Shown: positions 37,688 through 49,295, numbered from the stretch's first letter. The stretch is 64,000 nt of DNA from an uncultured Verrucomicrobiae bacterium (GCA_963702845.1 OY969763.1:160001-224000); one strand, 5' to 3'. Numbers and translations are program-made. The notes: a model not told the origin generated them from the sequence alone.

Positions 37688-40600
37688 GTGCAACTCAGAT
37701 TGACGACATTCATACGCGTGAGCGTAGCGGCGATTGCTGTCCTCAGCGTTCATGCTAAGACGAACGATGAAACCGGTGACGCCTCGGCTGTGGCTGCGAC
37801 GAATCGCGATACCGCGGCAGCTTCCGAGTTCGTGACGAGTAATTGGCGGACGAGTGACGGACTTCCGGCTAATGACATTCTCGATTTGAGAGAGACCGCC
37901 GACGGCTACTTATGGGTTGGAAGTTATCAGGGGCTGGTTCGATTCGATGGATTGCATTTCAAGAGCTATTTCAACACGCCCGTTGGCCAGCGGTTTAGCG
38001 CGAGGGTCGGGCCGTTGGAACTGGATACGAAGGGACGGCTCTGGATCGCGCCCGACGAGGTGGGAGTTTTGCGACGTGACGTCGATGGTTTCACCGAAGC
38101 GTTGACGAACGGCACCTCTTTAAAAGCGCGACCAGTCAGCTTGTGCAGCGACGGCCAGAACAAATTTTTTTGGGTGGACCTTGCGGGAAATGCTGGTTGG
38201 TTTTCGACGGACAATCCTGAACAGGCGCAAACGATCGCGGGTGCGAAAGCGTCGATTGCTTCGCGATGGATTCGTGATTACGAGGGCAAAATGTGGTTGG
38301 CCGATCAACGGGCGTTGAAGCGTTACGAGGAGGGAGTTTGGAAAACGGTGGAGGTGGCGGGGACGGCAACAATGGTTGTGACGCCACGGCGGGATGGCGG
38401 CATGTGGATTGCACGCGATGCCCAGCTACGGTTTGTTACTGCAGGTGGTGTTGAACGGGAGGTTTCGGATTTTCCGTGGAAAGGCCTGTCGCGCGTTACT
38501 TGCATGTTTGAGGACCGATGGAAACGGGTATGGATCGGCACCCTGGGTGAGGGGTTGTTTTATTATGCCGATGGCCAGATCAAACATGCTCTCACTACGG
38601 CGAGTAGCATTTCGTGCCTGCTTGATGACGAACACGACAACATTTGGGCTGGGACTCGTGGCGGCGGATTATTCCGGATTCGGCCGAGGCAGTTCTTCGT
38701 TTCCAATCGGGCGACCGGCCTACAAAACGAATTCGTCCGCAGTTTGGCGGAAGACAAGGCAGGGCACGTGTGGATGTCGTGCGCCGATGGCCGACTTGGC
38801 TGGTGGGACAAAGGTATGTGGCATGCGGTGACCGAAGAAGATGGCTGGCGCCATTTTGATTCGTTGTGTTTATTGCCGGCCCGCGATGGGAGCGTTTGGA
38901 TTTCGACGATGCATCGTGGAATTTGGCGGTGGGTGAACGGCAAAGTAACGCGGCAGCGGTTGGCTGGCAAACTCCCGAACGAACCGGTGGAGGATTTTCT
39001 TGAGGACGGGAAGGAACGCCTCTGGATGGTGACGGATAACTCGGGTCTTTACTGTTTTGACGGGCACAAAGTCGCCCATTATGGCGTCCAAGAGGGTTTG
39101 CCCAGTAAACACATTCGCGCATTGGCCGAGGATGAAACGGGCGCCGTTTGGGCCGGAGACTGGGAAGGGAGTTTAGCGCGCTTTAGTAATCACCATTGGG
39201 AAACGATGCGGAAGCCAAGCGGACATGCTGATTCAGTTCGTTGCCTTGTTGCGTCAAAGGACGGTATTTGGGTCGGAACGAGTAACGGTGGGCTGCTTCG
39301 TTACAAAGATGGCAAGACGGTTCGCATCAGCATGGAGCAAGGGGCGCCGGACTTTTGCGTCCAACAATTAATTGTGGACGAACAGGGGCGCGTTTGGGGG
39401 GGCACCTCGCATCAATTATTCCAGATTTCGATTAACCAGGTGAACGAACTCGCTGCTGGCAAACGGCAGAAAGTGGATGCGATCACATACGGCCACAGCG
39501 ACGGGTTGCCGGATGTTTCTTTTGCGAGCTTGTGCGATCCAAAATCGTGCCGTGCTGCCGATGGGCAGCTTTGGTTTGCTACGGCGAGCGGTGCGCTTCA
39601 TTTTCAACCGTCCGCGTTGCGAGCGAGCAAGCCGCCACAGGCGGCAATTGATGAAACGTTGTGGGATGGGAAGACGGTTGGGGCGTCGGTTGTGGAGCAT
39701 CTTCGTCCCGGCGCAGGCCGACTTGAATTTCGTTATACCGCGCCATGCCTGACAGCGCCTGAGCGGGTGCGCTTCCGCTACCAGTTGGTCGGTGTCGATT
39801 CGGACTGGGTTGACGCCGGTAATGTGCGGGCAGCGACATACGCCAGTCTTCCTGCTGGGAAACACACATTTCGAGTGATGGCATCGAGCCCTGAGGGTGT
39901 TTGGAGCCCAGTTAGTGCTTCTATCGACGTGGTGGTTCATCCCTACTTCTGGCAGACGGACTGGTTTATCGCACTGGTAGCGGCCGCGGCGGCAGGTGGG
40001 GTGGTTTGGCTGGTGCGCCGTGCGACGGTACGGCGGTTGCGGACTCGGCTGGCGCAGTTGCACCAACTACAGGCGATTGATCGGGAGCGGACGCGTATTG
40101 CACAAGACATTCACGATGAATTGGGCGCGAACCTGACCAGTATTGGCCTATTGGCCGACATTGGAAAACGGCACAAGTTCGATTCGTCTGTGGTCTCGCG
40201 GGACCTTAGCCAAATTTCCGATACGGCACGCGAAAGTGTCGCTGCGATGGACGCGATTGTTTGGGCGCTCAATCCACGCAACGATTCGCTGGATAATTTT
40301 GCTAACTACATTGCGCAGTTCACTCGTGACTTTTTCCGTCCCACCGAATTGCGGACGCGTTTGAACTTGCCGACGAATTTGCCGGATCGTCCGATGACGA
40401 CGGAAATGCGGCACCAGTTGTTCCTGCTGGTGAAAGAGTCGTTCAACAACATTGTGCGGCACGCCGAGGCGAAGGAAGTGAACGTTGAAATCGCCTGCGA
40501 CAATGGTCATCTGCGGATGGTCATTGCCGATGATGGCAAAGGAATACACAAACAAACGAGTGACACCGGCCAGGATGGTTTAATGAATTTGCGCGACCGC

Positions 40601-40699
40601 GTGGGTCGGATGGGTGGGACGGTGGACATCGGTAACAACAACGGACATGGGACGAAGCTGGAGTTTCGCGTCCCAATTGATAAAGCCAGAATGAACTAA
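37688..40699 (+). CDS. Sensor histidine kinase (beta-propeller/Y_Y_Y sensor, HisKA_3 type)
   Basis: Reg_prop-like repeats, 'FRYQLVGVDSDW', 'ERTRIAQDIHDELGANL' and 'DDGKG'; start uncertain. Confidence 0.92.
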   Translation: MQLRLTTFIRVSVAAIAVLSVHAKTNDETGDASAVAATNRDTAAASEFVTSNWRTSDGLPANDILDLRETADGYLWVGSYQGLVRFDGLHFKSYFNTPVGQRFSARVGPLELDTKGRLWIAPDEVGVLRRDVDGFTEALTNGTSLKARPVSLCSDGQNKFFWVDLAGNAGWFSTDNPEQAQTIAGAKASIASRWIRDYEGKMWLADQRALKRYEEGVWKTVEVAGTATMVVTPRRDGGMWIARDAQLRFVTAGGVEREVSDFPWKGLSRVTCMFEDRWKRVWIGTLGEGLFYYADGQIKHALTTASSISCLLDDEHDNIWAGTRGGGLFRIRPRQFFVSNRATGLQNEFVRSLAEDKAGHVWMSCADGRLGWWDKGMWHAVTEEDGWRHFDSLCLLPARDGSVWISTMHRGIWRWVNGKVTRQRLAGKLPNEPVEDFLEDGKERLWMVTDNSGLYCFDGHKVAHYGVQEGLPSKHIRALAEDETGAVWAGDWEGSLARFSNHHWETMRKPSGHADSVRCLVASKDGIWVGTSNGGLLRYKDGKTVRISMEQGAPDFCVQQLIVDEQGRVWGGTSHQLFQISINQVNELAAGKRQKVDAITYGHSDGLPDVSFASLCDPKSCRAADGQLWFATASGALHFQPSALRASKPPQAAIDETLWDGKTVGASVVEHLRPGAGRLEFRYTAPCLTAPERVRFRYQLVGVDSDWVDAGNVRAATYASLPAGKHTFRVMASSPEGVWSPVSASIDVVVHPYFWQTDWFIALVAAAAAGGVVWLVRRATVRRLRTRLAQLHQLQAIDRERTRIAQDIHDELGANLTSIGLLADIGKRHKFDSSVVSRDLSQISDTARESVAAMDAIVWALNPRNDSLDNFANYIAQFTRDFFRPTELRTRLNLPTNLPDRPMTTEMRHQLFLLVKESFNNIVRHAEAKEVNVEIACDNGHLRMVIADDGKGIHKQTSDTGQDGLMNLRDRVGRMGGTVDIGNNNGHGTKLEFRVPIDKARMN

Positions 40700-40701
40700 T
40701 C

Positions 40702-41334
40702 ATGACCTTGAAAGTTGCCATTGTTGAAGATGATTTGCGCTGGCGGACGAATGTTGAGCTGTTGCTGCGGGAGACGGAAGGTTTGGAATTTGTTGGAAGT
40801 TTCAAAAGCGGCGAAGACGCCATTCGTGACCTGCCTGCGCGCCGGCCACAGGTCGTGTTGATGGACATCAACTTGCCAAAAATGTCGGGGGTCGAATGCA
40901 CGCGGCAGCTCCGTGAGCTGTTGCCGGCGGTGCATATTGTTATGCTTACTGTCTACGACGACAGCGATCGAATTTTTCAAGCATTGCAAATGGGGGCGAG
41001 CGGTTACTTGTTGAAACGCGCGTCGGCGGATGAAATTTTGCAGGCGATCGAGGATGTGCATCGGGGTGGAGCGCCGATGTCGGCCTATATCGCGCGCAAA
41101 GTGGTGCAGTCGTTTCAGCGTGAGGTTCCTGCGGGAAAGCCGGACGAAACGCTTTCCAAACGCGAAACGGAAGTGCTCGGTTATGTTGCACGCGGTTATA
41201 GTGACAAAGAGGTGGCTGAGGCGCTCGGGTTAACACCTTCGACGGTGCGCAGTTATCTGAAAAACATTTACGCGAAGCTCCACGTTCATTCGCGGACGCA
41301 GGCCATTTTGAAGGCAGGCGGACGCAATGCTTAG
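40702..41334 (+). CDS. NarL/FixJ family response regulator
   Basis: Receiver domain 'LMDINLP' plus LuxR-type HTH 'LSKRETEVL...IYAKLHV'. Confidence 0.95.
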   Translation: MTLKVAIVEDDLRWRTNVELLLRETEGLEFVGSFKSGEDAIRDLPARRPQVVLMDINLPKMSGVECTRQLRELLPAVHIVMLTVYDDSDRIFQALQMGASGYLLKRASADEILQAIEDVHRGGAPMSAYIARKVVQSFQREVPAGKPDETLSKRETEVLGYVARGYSDKEVAEALGLTPSTVRSYLKNIYAKLHVHSRTQAILKAGGRNA

Positions 41335-41340
41335 TCATTA

Positions 41341-41384
41341 CCTCAATTTGGGGGTATTCGAGGGGCGTTGCAGTGTGTTACACT
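41341..41384 (+). promoter_or_regulatory. Putative response-regulator box plus -10 element
   Basis: CCTCAATTTGGGGGTATTC, within the dyad TACC...GGTA; TACACT starts 20 nt after the box end. Confidence 0.65.
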
Positions 41385-41391
41385 CGGCGAC

Positions 41392-43641
41392 CTGAGTAAA
41401 CTCTTCATTACAAGCCTATTTCGCCTTATACACCCTGTCCTCGCTGGGACAGGTGGTGTTGTCGGATCATTGCGACGTGACGGGGGGCAGTTCGGCGGGG
41501 ACGGGCTTCGGCGTGAACGCGGGGGTCAATTATCAAGTCGCGACGCGGCTTACTGGAACTGCTTCAAACGGATTAAGTTACTTGCAGACGGCGACGACAA
41601 AAGCTGCGTCGAGTTATTCCATTTCGAGCAACAAAATCTCCGTTGCCGTTGCTGCCAATCCCGGCCGGTTTACTTTCACCGCTGATCATGCGACACCGAA
41701 AGATTTAGGAGCCGTGTTGGGAAGTGACATGGCGACGGCGGTTACGCCGAAGATTTATGATCTGGCGGTCAAGATTTCGAATCGTAGCAGTGGCACGGAA
41801 AGGACTTCGTTCGGTGTCGCTACTGCAGACGGCGGTATTCAAGATTGGAGCCTCGGCATGCAGCTGGTGAATAGTGGCACGGATTTAAGTTGTATCGGCG
41901 AGTTGATTCCACGTCGAACCCGACTGCGGCTGACTACAATAACATCATTGCAACATTGCCCGGGCCAAGCGGGAGCGGAAATCACTTTGCGGATTCACGT
42001 CACCGACGCCGGCGCGGAGAGCGGTAGCGCGTATAGCTCGAAATACGAAGTTTTTGTCAATGGAACGCTGGTTTTTAGCAGCGGTGCCGGGGATTTTCGG
42101 TTCGCCAATTCCGCTGCGCGGCTCATTTTGTTCGACACCGCGCCGAGCGCAGGGCCCGTCACTTATGACGATTTTTCGCTGACTGCGGTCACCACGTACG
42201 AACGCGCCGCCGCCGGCAACGAATCGGGTTCTACAGTTAGCTTCACTCCTGTCACCCAAGGGCCGATTCGAGATCGCGTGGGGAAGTAATGTCGGCACCA
42301 ACTACACAGTGCTTATAACTACAAATCCCGGTTCTGCACCGTGGGCGTTGGCGACGAATATCACAGCGACGAATACGTATACGTTGGTGATTGTTGATAA
42401 CATCGTGCAATCACCGTTCGCTTATTTCCGCGTCGCACAGCTTGCTCAAAGCGGTTTGGCGGCCACGAATGTTTCGGCGACGCAAACAGCGCCCGGGACC
42501 GTGAAGATTTCGTATAGCCTTTCGGACCTTTATTTCGGAACAGCGTCGGTTTCCGTTCTGGTCTCGACTGACGGCGGTCTGACGTATTCTGCGCCGGCAG
42601 CGAGTTTCAGCGGAGACGTTGGCGGAGGAATTACGGCTGGAACCGAATCATCAAATCATCTGGAACGTCGGTTCTGATTGGGCGGTGGCGAGCGGTAACG
42701 TGCGGATTAAAATCGTTGTCGATCGTGCGCCTGTTTCCGGCGATATGGCGCTTGTTCCTGGTGGTTCTTTTAACATGGGTGATGCGCAGGCGGAAGGGTT
42801 TGGCGTGTGAAGCGCCCGTGCATTCAGTGAACGTGAGCGACTTTTACATCGAGCGTCATGAAGTCACGAAAGCACTTTGGGACGATGTCATGCAGTGGGC
42901 GACGAATCATGGATACGGTTTCGACAATCCCGGTGTCGCGAGTCAGGCGAGTGATCCCGAGCAGCAGGTGAGTTGGTTTGATGCTGTTAAATGGTGCAAT
43001 GCGCGCTCTGAAAAAGAAGGTATGTCGCCGGCTTATTTTACTGACACGACGTTGGCAAGCTGTTTACCGCACGTGGCCAGGTGAATATTCGCCGAAACAT
43101 GCGTGCGCTGGCAGGGGGCAGGGCTATCGTTTGCCGACGGAAGCCGAGTGGGAAAAGGCTGCGCGCGGTGGGTTGGATGGAAAGACGGTTTCCCTTTGGC
43201 GATACGATAACACAGGCAAAGGCAGATTATTGGAGCACTTCTTTCGAGTCGTACGATGTCAATGGAGCGGACGGCCCGCATCCGTCAGCCCCTGAATTTC
43301 CCAATGTTCTGCCGGTCGGACATTTTCTCCCGACCGGTTACGGGCTGTATGACATGGCTGGCAATATTTGGGAATGGTGCTGGGATTTATATGGTGACAG
43401 TTGGTATTCGGACGCACGCGCGAGCCTCGGTGACACGCACGGGCCAACTTCCGCTTCGTGGGGTGGCGACCGTGTTTATCGGGGCGGCAGCGGAGTGGAT
43501 ATCGCGTGGAAAAGTCGTGTGGCCAATCGCGCTGATGCGCCACCGCGTTTTGCCATGGGACATTTTGGATTTCGTGTGGCATTGCCGGCTGGAGACAATT
43601 TGGTTTCCGCTGTATCGCCTGTATTGACACTGACTCCCTGA
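41392..43641 (+). CDS. Secreted protein: shared N-terminal domain plus FGE-sulfatase (SUMF1-like) domain; multiple apparent frameshifts
   Basis: Consecutive fragments carry 'GFGVNAGVN...RLTG', 'VPGGSFNMGD', 'VSWFDAVKWCN', 'YRLPTEAEWEKAARGG' and 'YGLYDMAGNIWEWCWD'; start approximate. Confidence 0.78.
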
Positions 43642-43647
43642 CCGATC

Positions 43648-45046
43648 ATGAAACGACGAATTACAGCATTATGATGTGCGCGCTGATTTGCGTGTGCGCG
43701 TGCATTGCGGATGCTGCGCAGACGAACAAGCCGAACGTCATTTTTATTCTGATCGACGACATGGGTTACGCGGATACGAGTTGTTATCGGACCAGCGGCA
43801 CGCCTGTCGTTACTACGACGAACATTGATCATTTTGCCACTCAAGGAACGCGATTTACGCAGTATCATGCGACTTCGCCTATTTGCTCGCCTTCGCGCAC
43901 GTCGCTGATCAGCGGTTCGCAGCCAGGGCGTTGGCGCATCACTTCGTACCTCGACAACAAGTCAGTCAATCGGACGAGAAACATGGCTGATTTTGCGGAT
44001 CCGCAAATGCCGTCGATTGCTCGCGCGTTCAAAGCAGCAGGTTATAAGACCGGACATTTTGGCAAATGGCATCTCGACGCAGGTCGAAACGTCGATGATT
44101 CGCCGTTGCCACAAGCTTACGGTTTTGATGAATCGCTCGTTTCATTTGAAGGGCTAGGCAACCGCGAGCTGATCGAAGGCGATTCGCTGTCGACGGTCAA
44201 TGCGCAGTCGAAACAAGGGAACATCGAATGGATGCCGAAATACGAATGCGGGTCGAATCACGTGAACGCTGCCATCGCGTTCCTGACGGCGCACACCAAT
44301 GAACCTTGCTACGTTAATCTGTGGTTTAACGACGTTCATACGGCGTGGCTGCCGCAGGCTGGTACGTGGGACAAATACACTAACTTCACGATCAACGTGG
44401 ATGAGCAGAAGTTTTACGCGGTGCTCGAGAATCTCGATGTGCAGGTCGGTCGGTTTTTGAAGGCGCTGGATACCCTGGGCATCGCGAGTAACTCCATTGT
44501 CATTTATGCCAGTGACAACGGCGCTCCGGGCGATGGCACGACGGCATTCGCGCTGGCCCGCAATGGTGGGTTGCGCGGACGTAAAGGCAGCGTTTACGAA
44601 GGTGGCACGCGCTTGCCGTTTATTGTACGGTGGCCGGGAAAAGTTCCGGCTGGTCGCGTTGACAGTTCTTCGGTCTTAACTGGTGTGGATTTCCTGCCAA
44701 CTTTTTGCTCGCTCGCGAGCGTTAGCCTTCCTTCAAGTTACATTGCCGATGGTGAAAACATGAGCGTGGCGATTCTTGGCGCAAATCAGTCCCGCACGAA
44801 GCCCGCGATTTGGTGGTTTATCAACGATACTGGGCCAGCCGTTGGGAATTACCATCATGCCCCGCCGCTTGCCATGCGCAATCGGCAAGTGGAAGGTGCT
44901 GACAGATTATACGAAGAGCACGATTGAGCTTTATGACATGGACGCGGATCGCGTTTGAAACAACCAATGTCGCGACTAGCCAAAGCGCGACTGCAAATTC
45001 GATGGCCGATCAAGTAATCGCATGGTGGCAAACGATGCCGAAATAA
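43648..45046 (+). CDS. Cys-type sulfatase; apparent frameshifts near both ends
   Basis: 'PNVIFILIDDMGY', 'CSPSR', 'GKWHL', 'SDNG' and 'KGSVYEGGTR.P'. Confidence 0.9.
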
Positions 45047-45083
45047 TTTCCCAAACACGAACCTGCAACCCGACAAGAAAAGT

Positions 45084-48000
45084 ATGAAAATAAAGCACTC
45101 CATCTTCGTAACAATGCTCATTGCGATGCTCGTCGCCATCTCAGCACGGTCGCAAACTATCGTCGTCAGCGATAATTTTACTGCCACAACTGCCGGCACG
45201 GGTTTCGCGCTCGGAGCCGGCGTCAACACCGGCATCAATCCGCCCACAACGCGTATGACCGGGGCGGCGGCGGCGAACCTTCGCTACATCTCGGCAGTCA
45301 CGACGCGCCCGGAAACAAAGTACGATATTAACGCCAATCGTTTACGTTGTGTGACTGACGCAGGGATTGGTCGATTCACGATTTCCGCAAACGGCGCCTC
45401 GGCGTTTGACTTTGGGCCGACACTTGGGTCTGCCTACGCCAGTCCAACCAATCCCGCCATTTACGATATCAAGATCAGCATGCGAAACGATGCAACGAGC
45501 ACCGCGCGGTTCAGCTTTGGCCTTGCAACCGCTGAAGGCGATGCCACGACGTGGGACTTTGGTATCCAACTCTACCGCACCAGCACAACCATCGACTTTT
45601 ATACCATCCAAAAACGTATCGACAGTGCGTCAGCAGGTGTGACAGACGTCAACGCAGTTTTGGGAACCACTGGACCGAACTCAACAAATTCACTCATACC
45701 TTTTACGATTCGTGTCACTGACGCGGGCGCGGAAACGACGGCTTACAGTTCCCGTATCCAAGTGTCGACGAATGCGGGCGCATCGTGGATGTACGACTCT
45801 TCCACAGACGCGGCTCTGCCAAATGGTTTCCGGTTCGACGGCCCCGGTCGCATCATCGATTTTGACCAGGCCGGTAACAGTTCCGGCAATGTGTTCTACG
45901 ACAGCTTCTCCATCACCTCAATTTTTGCCCCAGGACCGCCGCCGGCAGTTACCTGGACCGGCACAGGCGCCAATGACAATTGGTCAACGCCAGAAAATTG
46001 GAGTGGCACTGTAGTTCCCTCCAACGGTCAACCGGTCACCTTCGATGGCACTACACGACAAACGAACTTCAACGATCTCACCGATTTCAGTACTTTAGCA
46101 GTCTCGTTCAATACCGGCGGGTTTTCACTTTCCGGCAACCCATTCTCCATCAACTCGACAGTCAGCAACCTTGCTGGCGTGAACATTTTCAACACAGATA
46201 TCTCCTTTGGCACTACCGCTGCGAAAACCTGGAGCATTGCCAGTGGCAGTGAAGTGCTCGTGAACGGCACCACCACGATTGAGGTGACAGGCGATCACGG
46301 AATCTCGGGTGGCGGCACGTTGCACAACAAGGGCCCGGTTAACATCGGCCAGGCTACGACTGCAAATCCTGCGTTCTCGCTTTTTGAAGGTAAACACTTG
46401 ATCGACGGCGTAGCTTTTGCGACGCGGGGTGGATACCGGATTGGATCGCAACCCTCCGGTATCGGCGGGCAGACTGTGCTGACGAACGGTGCAACTCTTT
46501 CAATCACCGCAACGAGCGGCAATTTACGGGTAGGCGACAGCGCCAATACGAACGCTGCCCGTCTCGACATGGACAACAGCACGTTGTCGTTAGCTGGGAA
46601 TGTTATTTTGGCAGTTTCTTATGCGGCGGGTGCGACAGCAGTCGTCAATCAAAACGGCGGCAGTGTGAGCGCGCCGGTTACCAGCTTCAGTGAGTCAGGC
46701 GCAGGCACTGGCACTTACACGATTAAAAACGGCGCGCTATCCACCCGTGTCATACGCAAAAACAACGCGGGCGGAACGGCCTCGATATATTTCGACAACG
46801 CGACGCTCTCGACCGCTGCTGGGGCGAGTAACGCGTTCTTCTCAGGTCTCAATCTCGCGCAGATTCAACCGGGTGGTTTGAACCTCGACGCCCAGAGTGA
46901 TATTGTGATTGGACAGGTGTTGAGCGGTTCCGGCGGAATTGTGAAGAGCAGTTTTGCCTCGGCGACCCTCACGGGCGCTAACACTTACACCGGCAACACG
47001 GTGGTCTCAGGTGGAAAACTGGCCTTGCCCACGATCCAAACAAACGCCACCACGGTTCAGGTTTTCAGTGGCGCTGAATTTGGGGTGAGCGAACAAACGC
47101 TGGGTAGCACGTTGAATGTTTCGGCGTTGAACTTTGCTTCGTCAGGAACCTTGAGCTTTGACCTTGGCGCGTTCGGTACGCCAACAGCGCCATTGATGAA
47201 GGTGGCAACTCTGTCGGTGGGAGGCACGGTGACGATTAATGTTGCCAATGGTCTGCAGTTGACGCCCGGACAAATTGTCCTCGTCGATTACAATGGCACG
47301 ATCAGCGGCGGTTTCCAATTTCAACTCGGCACCCTGCCACCCGGAGTCACGGCGACATTGGTTAACAACACGGCGAATAGCTCCATTGATTTGAACATTA
47401 CGGGCGTCCCCGGCTTCCGTTGGACGGGAGCCGTGAATGGAGATTGGGATACCTCGACACAGAACTGGATCAATCTGCAGGACGGGTCGGTTTCGGCGTA
47501 TGCAGACGGGTTCCCCGTTGAGTTCCGCGATGGCGCCGCGACAGGCAATATCAACATTCCTGGATTCCCATCGCCGTCAATCATCACGGTTAGCAACAAC
47601 ACGCTTCCTTACGTCTGGAGCAGTGGCGCGTTGACACTGGGCACAATTAAAAAATTCGGTAGCAACACAGTAACACGCGTTGAAATCGGCTCTGATATCA
47701 TCGGCACCTTGGAAATTAACCAAGGCAAGTTTGCCGTCAGCAATGCTTTCGATACTGTTTTCCCGACCCTTCTGACTGACACGAGTGCTGGTACGGGCAC
47801 TTTCGTAAAACAAGGCGCGAGCAAACTAACGATCAATTCGACAAACAGCACCTACGACGGTTCTACGCTCATTCAAGAAGGCACCGTTAAAATTTCGAAT
47901 GACCGCGCATTAGGTTCGGCGAGCGCCAGAATCACAATTGGTTCAGGTGCGACTCTTGATCTGAACGATTTTACGCCCGGTGCTCAGCCCGTAACGGTGT

Positions 48001-49277
48001 CTGGCGCTGGTGTTGGCGGACAGGGTGCAATTATCGATACAACGACAGCCACTGCCGTAGGCGTTAACCTGCGCGATGTGACGATGGTTGGAGACACCAC
48101 GTTTGGTGGCGCGGCCGGTCGTTGGGATATTCGTGTTCGCAACAGCACGGGCCCTGGACCGGGTCTGCGCGGCAACGGATATAATCTGACCAAAGAAGGT
48201 GCCGGTCTCGTCAGCATTGCCTGCCAGCGTGATCTCGGAACAAACACTCCGTATTGGGACATGAACCTCGGAAACATCGTGATTAATGGGGGCACTCTGG
48301 CCCTGGCTGAATCGCTCACTCCGGGTAATTCGGCGAAGACAATCACGATCAACTCTGGGGCGGCGATCCAGTTGTTTGACCTCGGCCTGACGAATCCGCT
48401 CGTTCGAGATATCATTATGTCGGATGGCAAACTCAACGGTGGCGGCGCCAGCACTGACACGAACATTGTCAATGGCACAATCAATCTTACGGGTGCTAAC
48501 AGCACCAAGATGGATCAATGTTTCATGATGTTCAACGGAGGAATCACCGGATCCGGTTCGCTTGCTGTTTCCGCGAATGATCCCGGACGCCTCTATCTCA
48601 ACGGCGCGAACACGTTCGCAGGTGATTTGAACGTGACGAATGGCACTTTGGGCGGCACCGGATCCATCGCCGGTAAACTGATCATGCAGGGCGGAACGTT
48701 GGCTCCGGGTCAGATGGATGTGCTTGGCACATTCACCGTCGGCAGCACCGCAACTTTGGCGGGAACGAACTTGATGGAAATCAATCGCGCTGCCAGCCCG
48801 AATAGTGATCGCTTGAACGTTGGCGGAACGCTGACCTTCGGCGGCATCCTAAAAGTCGTGCTCGGCGTCGGAGCCGCGGTGCCTCAAGCTGGTGATGTTT
48901 ACCAGTTGTTCAACAAAGGTAGCGCGAGTTCGTTCAGCTCGATCATTCTGCCTGACTTGTCGGCGTTGCCCGGCGGGTTGTCCTGGAACACGGGCAATCT
49001 TGTTGTGAACGGATCAATCTCCGTTTCGGGAACCGGTCCCGCAAACCCGCCGACTATCACGTCTGCTTCTGTATCGGGATCAAATTTCGTGTTTAGCGGC
49101 ACGGGCGGCACGCAAGGTAACAACTACATTGTGCTGAGCTCGACGAACGTTGCTCTGTCGATTACGAACTGGACCTCGATCGCGACCAATCAATTTGGAA
49201 CTGGCGGTACCTTTTCGGTGACCAACGCCATCAGACCGAGTGTGCCCGCGTCGTTCTTCGAACTGCGGGTTCCATAG
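45084..49277 (+). CDS. Secreted autotransporter-associated beta-strand repeat protein with the shared N-terminal domain
   Basis: Its N-terminal region of several hundred aa aligns with the 30213 protein; C-terminus 'YIVLSSTNVAL..TNW...FFELRVP'. Confidence 0.88.
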   Translation: MKIKHSIFVTMLIAMLVAISARSQTIVVSDNFTATTAGTGFALGAGVNTGINPPTTRMTGAAAANLRYISAVTTRPETKYDINANRLRCVTDAGIGRFTISANGASAFDFGPTLGSAYASPTNPAIYDIKISMRNDATSTARFSFGLATAEGDATTWDFGIQLYRTSTTIDFYTIQKRIDSASAGVTDVNAVLGTTGPNSTNSLIPFTIRVTDAGAETTAYSSRIQVSTNAGASWMYDSSTDAALPNGFRFDGPGRIIDFDQAGNSSGNVFYDSFSITSIFAPGPPPAVTWTGTGANDNWSTPENWSGTVVPSNGQPVTFDGTTRQTNFNDLTDFSTLAVSFNTGGFSLSGNPFSINSTVSNLAGVNIFNTDISFGTTAAKTWSIASGSEVLVNGTTTIEVTGDHGISGGGTLHNKGPVNIGQATTANPAFSLFEGKHLIDGVAFATRGGYRIGSQPSGIGGQTVLTNGATLSITATSGNLRVGDSANTNAARLDMDNSTLSLAGNVILAVSYAAGATAVVNQNGGSVSAPVTSFSESGAGTGTYTIKNGALSTRVIRKNNAGGTASIYFDNATLSTAAGASNAFFSGLNLAQIQPGGLNLDAQSDIVIGQVLSGSGGIVKSSFASATLTGANTYTGNTVVSGGKLALPTIQTNATTVQVFSGAEFGVSEQTLGSTLNVSALNFASSGTLSFDLGAFGTPTAPLMKVATLSVGGTVTINVANGLQLTPGQIVLVDYNGTISGGFQFQLGTLPPGVTATLVNNTANSSIDLNITGVPGFRWTGAVNGDWDTSTQNWINLQDGSVSAYADGFPVEFRDGAATGNINIPGFPSPSIITVSNNTLPYVWSSGALTLGTIKKFGSNTVTRVEIGSDIIGTLEINQGKFAVSNAFDTVFPTLLTDTSAGTGTFVKQGASKLTINSTNSTYDGSTLIQEGTVKISNDRALGSASARITIGSGATLDLNDFTPGAQPVTVSGAGVGGQGAIIDTTTATAVGVNLRDVTMVGDTTFGGAAGRWDIRVRNSTGPGPGLRGNGYNLTKEGAGLVSIACQRDLGTNTPYWDMNLGNIVINGGTLALAESLTPGNSAKTITINSGAAIQLFDLGLTNPLVRDIIMSDGKLNGGGASTDTNIVNGTINLTGANSTKMDQCFMMFNGGITGSGSLAVSANDPGRLYLNGANTFAGDLNVTNGTLGGTGSIAGKLIMQGGTLAPGQMDVLGTFTVGSTATLAGTNLMEINRAASPNSDRLNVGGTLTFGGILKVVLGVGAAVPQAGDVYQLFNKGSASSFSSIILPDLSALPGGLSWNTGNLVVNGSISVSGTGPANPPTITSASVSGSNFVFSGTGGTQGNNYIVLSSTNVALSITNWTSIATNQFGTGGTFSVTNAIRPSVPASFFELRVP

Positions 49278-49295
49278 TCCGAACAGTTTAAGTAT

